Source: an uncultured Thiothrix sp. (GTDB lineage Bacteria; Pseudomonadota; Gammaproteobacteria; Thiotrichales; Thiotrichaceae). Taken from it: a DNA stretch of 64,000 nt. The translations under genes were made by a program, and so were the position numbers. Positions 58,105 through 64,000 of this stretch are shown in pieces. Position 1 is the first letter of the stretch. Each line of letters opens with the position of its first letter. The notes beneath the pieces were generated by a model, which made no database searches, had not been told where the DNA came from, and worked only from the letters and a program-made list of their open reading frames with translations. Location: the NCBI GenBank assembly GCA_964293005.1, contig CAXYXW010000020.1, positions 3,766-67,765 of the forward strand, in the 5' to 3' direction.

Positions 58105-60018
58105 ATGCGTATCCATTTCAAGAACCATCTGACCACACTGTTCTTTGCTCTGCTGTTTGGCCTGCTGCTGTTGCCATTGACGGTATCCGCTGAAAAGCTG
58201 TTCCCGATCGGCAACCTCGACATCAAGGGCGTGGATGCAGCCGCCGTGGATGAGGGCGAACCCCTGCCGCCTGAGCAGGCTTTTGCCCTCACCCCGCCCT
58301 TGTATGATGGTAAGCAGATCCTGTTCCGCTGGGATATTGCCCCGCACTATTACTTGTACCGTGATAAATTGAAGGTGCGGGTACTGAGTCCGGGAATGCA
58401 GGCTGGGGAGCTGCAATTGCCTGCTGGGGAAACCAAACAGGATGAATTTTTTGGCACGATCCAGGCCATGCACAATACTGTCGATGCCCAGTTGCCCCTC
58501 GATCTGGGTGGCAAAACCGGCGGCTCGGTACAACTGGAAATCGGTTGGCAGGGTTGTGCTGAGGATCTGGGCGTGTGCTACCCGCCAGAACTGAAATACT
58601 ACAGTGCCACCTTGCCAGAGGATGCGGCGAAACTGGCAGCCGGGGTCACACTCGAGCCAACCGCCGCACCGGCTGCCGGGACAGCCGCCAACCCCAGTGC
58701 CTTAGCGCCCAGCGATACCCCGCCCGTGTTCAAGTCGGAGCAGGATACCATCGCCGATACCTTGGCGAGTGGCAATATCCCCTTGACCCTGCTCAGTTTT
58801 CTTGGTTTTGGTTTGATCCTGGCCTTTACCCCCTGTGTATTCCCCATGATCCCGATCCTGTCGGGGATTATTGCCGGACAAAAGAACCTCAGCACCCGCA
58901 AGGCCTTCACCCTCTCATTGGTCTATGTGCTGGCAATGGCACTCACCTACACCGTTGCCGGTGTGTTGGCGGGGCTATTTGGCAGCAATTTACAGGCGAT
59001 TTTCCAGAATCCGTGGATATTGGGGGCATTCAGCGCCATTTTTGTGCTGCTGGCCTTGCCCATGTTTGGCTTCTATGAACTGCAAATGCCTGCCAGCATC
59101 CAGAGCCGCCTCACCGAACTCAGCAACAAACAATCGGGTGGCACATTAACTGGGGTTGCCATTATGGGCATGCTCTCCGCCCTCATTGTCGGCCCCTGTG
59201 TCGCGGCTCCCTTGGCAGGTGCACTAATTTACATCGGGCAAAGCGGCAATGCCTTCTTGGGCGGGGCTGCCCTGTTTGCCCTCAGCCTTGGCATGGGGCT
59301 GCCGCTGCTCCTGATTGGCACATCCGCAGGCAAGTTGCTACCGCGTGCCGGGGCTTGGATGGAAGCAGTCAAAGCCGTTTTTGGTGTGCTGCTGCTGGGT
59401 GTGGCGATCTGGATGCTGGAACGTGTCCTGCCTGCCCCTGTGACCCTGTTGCTTTGGGCGGCCTTGCTGGTGGTTTCCGCCATCTTCATGGGCGCTTTGG
59501 CAAACCTGCCGGATGGCAGCAACGGCTGGCGCAAACTCTGGAAAGGTTTGGGTATCCTGATGCTGGTTTATGGCATTGCGCTGGTGGTGGGGGCAGTGGC
59601 GGGCAGCAAAGATGTCTTCCAGCCCCTGAAAGGGGTGTTTGCGGGCAAGGTGGAACAGCACCTCAACTTCCGGCAGGTATCCGGCGTGCAAAATTTGGCT
59701 GAGGCTTTGGCTCAAGCCAAGGGCAAACCGGTGATGCTGGATTTCTATGCTGACTGGTGTGTGAGCTGCAAGGAAATGGAGGCTTACACCTTCCCTGACC
59801 CTGCCGTGCAAGCGGCACTGAAGGGCTTTGTGTTGCTCCAAACCGATGTCACTGCCAACACCGCAGACGACAAGGCACTCCTGAAGCAGTTCGGGCTGGT
59901 CGGCCCGCCTGCCATGTTGTTCTTTGATGCGAGCGGTGAAGAGCGCAAAAACCTGCGGCTGGTCGGTTATGTACCTGCCGCGCCTTTTGCTGCCCACGTG
60001 GGAAAGGTTGGCAAGTAA
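58105..60018 (+). CDS. dsbD: Thiol:disulfide interchange protein DsbD (protein-disulfide reductase)
   Basis: N-terminal periplasmic domain, central multi-TM region with conserved Cys (TPCVFPMIP, GPCVAAP), and a C-terminal thioredoxin domain with WCVSC. Confidence 0.85.
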   Translation: MRIHFKNHLTTLFFALLFGLLLLPLTVSAEKLFPIGNLDIKGVDAAAVDEGEPLPPEQAFALTPPLYDGKQILFRWDIAPHYYLYRDKLKVRVLSPGMQAGELQLPAGETKQDEFFGTIQAMHNTVDAQLPLDLGGKTGGSVQLEIGWQGCAEDLGVCYPPELKYYSATLPEDAAKLAAGVTLEPTAAPAAGTAANPSALAPSDTPPVFKSEQDTIADTLASGNIPLTLLSFLGFGLILAFTPCVFPMIPILSGIIAGQKNLSTRKAFTLSLVYVLAMALTYTVAGVLAGLFGSNLQAIFQNPWILGAFSAIFVLLALPMFGFYELQMPASIQSRLTELSNKQSGGTLTGVAIMGMLSALIVGPCVAAPLAGALIYIGQSGNAFLGGAALFALSLGMGLPLLLIGTSAGKLLPRAGAWMEAVKAVFGVLLLGVAIWMLERVLPAPVTLLLWAALLVVSAIFMGALANLPDGSNGWRKLWKGLGILMLVYGIALVVGAVAGSKDVFQPLKGVFAGKVEQHLNFRQVSGVQNLAEALAQAKGKPVMLDFYADWCVSCKEMEAYTFPDPAVQAALKGFVLLQTDVTANTADDKALLKQFGLVGPPAMLFFDASGEERKNLRLVGYVPAAPFAAHVGKVGK

Positions 60019-60059
60019 GCGGCAACCGGCAACTGCTACTTACCAACACCGTACCCCGC

Positions 60060-60785
60060 TTACCAGCGGTACGCCAGCCCCACCTGACCACCCCAAAGGG
60101 TGCTGCGTTCGATAATGGGGCTGTCACGCACCTCACTGCCATACGCCGTCACATCGACACCGCCGACCAAGGTCAGGGCAGGGCTTAGCGGCTGCTCCAG
60201 GTTGACACCCGCCTTCAGCGCAAAGGTGGCATCTGCCTGGTAAGCCGGGCGGCCTGCCTTGGCCTCATCCGCATCAACCCCAACATAGTAGTCCGTGACA
60301 TCTGCCGACAGCCACTGCACTTCCGCATACGGGCGCATCCGGGCTTGGTGTGGGGCAGGGTTCAAGGTATAACGCAGCTTGGCCTGTGTGCCTTTGTGGG
60401 CAGTCATATCCTGCGCCAAGTCCGCCATGACCACGCCCGCAGGCAGTTTCCAGGCCGCCCCAACCCGCACATTAATGGCACGATCCAGCTCGTGCATATC
60501 ACTCAATGCGGCACTATCCCCGCGCTGGTGATCCCAGTCATCCAGGCTTGCCCCCACATACAGCTCGTGGGCAGGCGCTTTCTTGAACGACCACGACAAA
60601 CCGGGAATGTCAAAGCCACTGCGATCCAATATCACCGGCTTGCCACCGATCTCGGTATCCCCCTGTACAAACGGGGACTGCTTGACCGTCACCACCACAC
60701 CAATATCACGGGGCGGGGCAGCGCTTTCTGCTTGGGCAAGGAGCGGCATAGCCAGCAACAAAAACGGGATGAGCTTGTTTTGCAT
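60060..60785 (-). CDS. MipA/OmpV-family outer-membrane protein
   Basis: Signal peptide. Beta-barrel pattern ending ...GLAYRW. Confidence 0.65.
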   Translation of the reverse strand: MQNKLIPFLLLAMPLLAQAESAAPPRDIGVVVTVKQSPFVQGDTEIGGKPVILDRSGFDIPGLSWSFKKAPAHELYVGASLDDWDHQRGDSAALSDMHELDRAINVRVGAAWKLPAGVVMADLAQDMTAHKGTQAKLRYTLNPAPHQARMRPYAEVQWLSADVTDYYVGVDADEAKAGRPAYQADATFALKAGVNLEQPLSPALTLVGGVDVTAYGSEVRDSPIIERSTLWGGQVGLAYRW

Positions 60786-60998
60786 ACAAAATTACCCTGT
60801 GTTAAGAATCTTGACCGGATTCTAACATCGATTGGTGCAATACGCTGAAATCATCCGCTAGCCTGATGGTTGTTGATCCGTCATGCTGTCATGGAAAAAG
60901 ATAATCTGCTATCTATAAAGATAAACCTTCTGTAAGGCAAGATTTTTAAAAACAAGGCTTTAAGAAATTAAACTTAGTATTTTCAATACCATAAAAAC

Positions 60999-61016
60999 CT
61001 AAAGCATACTTGGCAC
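60999..61016 (+). promoter_or_regulatory. Sigma-54-type (-24/-12) promoter upstream of rtcB
   Basis: cTTGGCACagccaTTGCAat has GG and GC elements with the canonical spacing (TGGCAC-N5-TTGCA). It lies about 55 nt upstream of the rtcB ATG. Confidence 0.5.
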
Positions 61017-61072
61017 AGCCATTGCAATACTTTAAGCACAATACAACGGCAATGAGCCAAGGAGAACCTACC

Positions 61073-62305
61073 ATGACAACCACATCCCAATACGAAGTAC
61101 TGCATCAGGCCGGACATGCGCCGGTGAAATCGTGGACACGCGGTGTCGTCTTTGATGACAACTCCAAACAGCAATTGCTGAACATTGCGCAAATGCCATT
61201 CATTCACCAATGGGTCGCCGCGATGCCAGATGTGCATTTGGGGAAGGGGGCAACCATTGGCAGTGTGATTCCGACCATTGGTGCAATCATCCCGGCTGCG
61301 GTGGGGGTGGATTTGGGCTGCGGGATGATGGCGGCAAAAACCACGCTCAAGGCCAGCGACCTGCCCGACTCGCTGGAAGCGTTGCGTCACGCGATTGAAA
61401 AGGCCGTCCCTCATGGGCGCAGTGCGGATTTTCGAAGTAAGCGCGATGTCGGTAGCTGGGGTGAGCCGCCTGAAGACGTGCTGGAAAAGTGGCTGCAACT
61501 GAGTGAAGGCTTCCAGCGCCTGTGCGAAAAGCATCCCTTCCTGAAAAACACCAATAACCTGAAGCACTTGGGGACGCTGGGAACAGGCAACCATTTCATC
61601 GAGGTATGCCTGGATGAAACGCAAGCCGTGTGGGTGATGCTGCATAGCGGTTCACGCGGGGTGGGGAATGCCATCGGTACACACTTTATCGAGCAGGCAA
61701 AAAAGGACATGACACGCTGGTTTATCAGCCTGCCCGACAAAGACTTGGCCTACATCCCTGAAGGCAGCGAGCATTTCCGTGATTACGTGCGGGCAGTGGC
61801 ATGGGCGCAGGATTTCGCGCAAGCCAACCGTGAAGTGATGATGGCACGCACCCTGCAAGCGATGCGTGAGGTATTGCCCATGCCCTTCACGGCGGATGTG
61901 GAGGCGGTAAATTGCCACCACAACTACATCAGCCGCGAACACCACTACGGTAAGGATGTGTGGGTAACGCGCAAAGGTGCGGTGAGTGCGCAAAAAGGCC
62001 AGCTTGGGATTATTCCGGGCAGCATGGGGGCGAAATCCTTCATCGTGCGCGGTTTAGGGAACGAGGAAAGCTTTTGCAGTTGCAGCCACGGTGCGGGGCG
62101 CGTGATGTCGCGTACTGAAGCGAAACGCCGCGTGTCGCTGGATGAGCATAAACGCGCTGTCGCCGGGGTGGAATGCCGCGTGGATGAGGCGGTGATTGAC
62201 GAAACACCGTCCGCTTACAAACCGATTGAAAAGGTGATGGCAGCGCAGAGCGATTTGGTGGAGATTATGCATACCTTGAAACAGGTGGTTTGTGTGAAGG
62301 GGTAA
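61073..62305 (+). CDS. rtcB: RNA-splicing ligase RtcB
   Basis: Near full-length collinearity with E. coli RtcB (MPDVHLGKGATIGSVIPT, GTLGTGNHFIE, NCHHNY, SFCSCSHGAGR, VVCVKG C-terminus). RBS AAGGAG. Confidence 0.9.
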   Translation: MTTTSQYEVLHQAGHAPVKSWTRGVVFDDNSKQQLLNIAQMPFIHQWVAAMPDVHLGKGATIGSVIPTIGAIIPAAVGVDLGCGMMAAKTTLKASDLPDSLEALRHAIEKAVPHGRSADFRSKRDVGSWGEPPEDVLEKWLQLSEGFQRLCEKHPFLKNTNNLKHLGTLGTGNHFIEVCLDETQAVWVMLHSGSRGVGNAIGTHFIEQAKKDMTRWFISLPDKDLAYIPEGSEHFRDYVRAVAWAQDFAQANREVMMARTLQAMREVLPMPFTADVEAVNCHHNYISREHHYGKDVWVTRKGAVSAQKGQLGIIPGSMGAKSFIVRGLGNEESFCSCSHGAGRVMSRTEAKRRVSLDEHKRAVAGVECRVDEAVIDETPSAYKPIEKVMAAQSDLVEIMHTLKQVVCVKG

Positions 62306-62334
62306 CGTTCCAGCGCGATTTCAAAGAGTTTATC

Positions 62335-62367
62335 GAGATACTCAACAATCACTCGGTTGAGTATCTT
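62335..62367. other. Strong hairpin at the GC/AT composition boundary after rtcB
   Basis: GAGATACTCAAC - 9 nt loop - GTTGAGTATCTT. No clear U-tract. Confidence 0.35.
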
Positions 62368-62434
62368 GCCAAGTTCCGATAGATTACATACTCTGTTTTG
62401 AACGAAATATCTTCGCGGGGCTTGATTTTAACGC

Positions 62435-63142
62435 ATGAAAATTATCACATGGAATTGCAATGGAGCATTCAGGAAGAAATACAGCTTACTTGAAGCATTT
62501 GACGCTGATCTGCTTATTATTCAAGAATGTGAAGACCCAGCACAATCAACTGCTGAATATAAAAACTGGGCAAGAGAATATTTATGGATAGGTGATAATA
62601 AAAATAAAGGTCTTGGCGTATTTTCAAGAAAAGGACATAAGCTCGTAAAGCTTAATTGGGATTGCGGTCGTCTGCAACTATTCCTGCCATTTCAGTTTGA
62701 TAGTAAAACGACCATTGTAGCAATATGGACAAAGCAAGCAGGGTCAAAGCATTTTGGGTACATAGGCCAGCTTTGGAAGTATCTTCAACTGCACAAATCA
62801 AAATTAACTCAGGGAAATACCATTTTGTGTGGTGACTGGAATAGCAATGCTATTTGGCATGATCATGAGGCGTGGTGGAATCATTTGGATGTAGTACGTG
62901 AGTTGGAGGAGCTTGATATATGCAGCTTGTATCATAGACTATATAATCGGCAGCAAGGTCAAGAAATACATCCAACGCTATATATGTACCGTAAGCGCGA
63001 ACGTCCGTTTCACATTGATTACATTTTTATGCATCAGAAAATTTTTGACAATGAAACCTCACTGGATATAGGGAAAGCAGATGAATGGCTTGCGCACAGT
63101 GATCACATGCCAATCATGGCAACCATTAGTCTTGGAAAATAA
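62435..63142 (+). CDS. Endonuclease/exonuclease/phosphatase (EEP) family protein
   Basis: MKIITWNCNG N-terminus and the EEP pattern (GDWNS, SDHMP). GC is markedly lower than the flanks. Confidence 0.6.
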   Translation: MKIITWNCNGAFRKKYSLLEAFDADLLIIQECEDPAQSTAEYKNWAREYLWIGDNKNKGLGVFSRKGHKLVKLNWDCGRLQLFLPFQFDSKTTIVAIWTKQAGSKHFGYIGQLWKYLQLHKSKLTQGNTILCGDWNSNAIWHDHEAWWNHLDVVRELEELDICSLYHRLYNRQQGQEIHPTLYMYRKRERPFHIDYIFMHQKIFDNETSLDIGKADEWLAHSDHMPIMATISLGK

Positions 63143-63144
63143 AC

Positions 63145-63771
63145 ATGGAAAAACAAATGCTTCCAGATTTTTTTAGTTTCAATAGATCAAGCGATCATGC
63201 GCTAATAACAACAGAGGAGCTTAATTGGGAAGGGCCTTTCTCTTGGAATGGCTATGGCAAATGTGACCATCTCGATGATGTTCATGACATTGCTGGTGTG
63301 TATTTATTTACTTTTGAGTACCAGGATGGTTATATTCTACGATCAGTGGGGGTAAGTAACTCGATAAAGAAGAGGATAAGCCAGCATACTCGTGAATATA
63401 AAAAAGGTAATTATACAATACTGAATGTAGAATCTGCAAAAGAAGGCATAAGAAAGGAGATATGGCACGGATGGAGTTATGCCAAGAAAAACATTGATCA
63501 GTTTAATCTGCATAAAGACGATATGCTGTTGGCAGTTGACAAAGAGTTGGCAGCATATCGTTTATTTACTGCTAGTGTTTCGGATAAAAGGAAGCGGGAA
63601 AGAATCGAATTTTCTATCATGCACCATGTATATGGATCAAAAGAACCTTGGTCTGACTTGGTTGATGGAGGAATGTATTTAATAGGAAGATCGAACTATG
63701 ATATTCCTGTTATCATCAATAACAAATGCATGCATAAAATATATGGACTTGCTGAATCTTTAGAGGTGTAA
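63145..63771 (+). CDS. Hypothetical protein with a GIY-YIG-like nuclease motif
   Basis: GVYLFTFEYQDGYILRSVGVSNSIKKRISQH resembles GIY-x(9)-YIG-x(n)-R-x2-QH. Starts 3 nt after the EEP gene. AT-rich. Confidence 0.35.
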   Translation: MEKQMLPDFFSFNRSSDHALITTEELNWEGPFSWNGYGKCDHLDDVHDIAGVYLFTFEYQDGYILRSVGVSNSIKKRISQHTREYKKGNYTILNVESAKEGIRKEIWHGWSYAKKNIDQFNLHKDDMLLAVDKELAAYRLFTASVSDKRKRERIEFSIMHHVYGSKEPWSDLVDGGMYLIGRSNYDIPVIINNKCMHKIYGLAESLEV

Positions 63772-63782
63772 GCCTGCAATAA

Positions 63783-63986
63783 TCATAAACTGCGCAACGC
63801 CTTTAACTCCGCTTCGAGTTCACCGGGTTCGTAGTTGGTGACGGGGATTTTGTATTTAGCGCATTCTTCGTAAAAGCGGTAGCGAGCTACATCTGCAAAC
63901 TCACAAGCAAAACCAGCGGAGTGAAACCAGCGGAGTGGTTGATGCCATACGCGCCAACTTAAGCCCCTATCCTCTTGATTAAACAC
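63783..63986 (-). CDS. Small ORF at the window edge (possibly the C-terminal part of a longer gene)
   Basis: ORF track only. Contains a direct repeat accagcggagtg. Cannot be resolved within the window. Confidence 0.15.
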   Translation of the reverse strand: MFNQEDRGLSWRVWHQPLRWFHSAGFACEFADVARYRFYEECAKYKIPVTNYEPGELEAELKALRSL

Positions 63987-64000
63987 GGCTCATCCCCATT

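Noticed and set aside
57105-58292. 395 aa - strand ORF antisense to the thioredoxin-fold gene and the dsbD start
   Set aside because: The + strand genes have CxxC motifs and signal peptides. The antisense ORF has none.

Overview
This 64 kb window is a chromosomal segment from a GC-rich (about 55-60% by eye) Gram-negative bacterium. Gene content suggests a sulfur-oxidising proteobacterium: flavocytochrome c sulfide dehydrogenase fccAB, a fused SoxY/SoxZ-like protein, several c-type cytochromes and two cytochrome b561 paralogs, and DsbD. Coding density is high on both strands. Recognisable housekeeping genes are modABC, birA-coaX (overlapping GTGA), argB, a ubiH/ubiF-like hydroxylase, aroE, maf, yceD-rpmF-plsX-fabH, rlmJ, tesA-like, dps, an SPFH protein, dsbD, a mipA-like gene and rtcB. 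The most striking accessory content is a conserved but functionally uncharacterised five-gene module: SWIM zinc finger, DUF5691-like, MoxR-type AAA+ ATPase, then DUF5682-like and VWA (15.5-25.7 kb). Here it is split by a hybrid sensor histidine kinase, and the DUF5682-VWA pair is inverted. Other accessory features: (1) a DUF559 (Vsr-like endonuclease) gene bracketed by roughly 88 bp near-perfect inverted repeats (MITE-like), next to a Fic/Doc-fold protein with a degenerate active-site motif; (2) an LRR / coiled-coil / FGE-sulfatase fusion protein translationally coupled to a Tat-signal protein; (3) the fab cluster truncated after fabH and replaced by CYTH, HAD and GH5 genes; (4) two abutting tRNA-like sequences with apparently non-canonical anticodon arms; (5) rtcB behind a sigma-54-type promoter with no adjacent rtcR, followed by an AT-rich two-gene islet (EEP-family nuclease plus a GIY-YIG-like protein). 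No CRISPR array or rRNA was seen. All calls are from reading the six-frame translations and the sequence by eye; no database search was possible.
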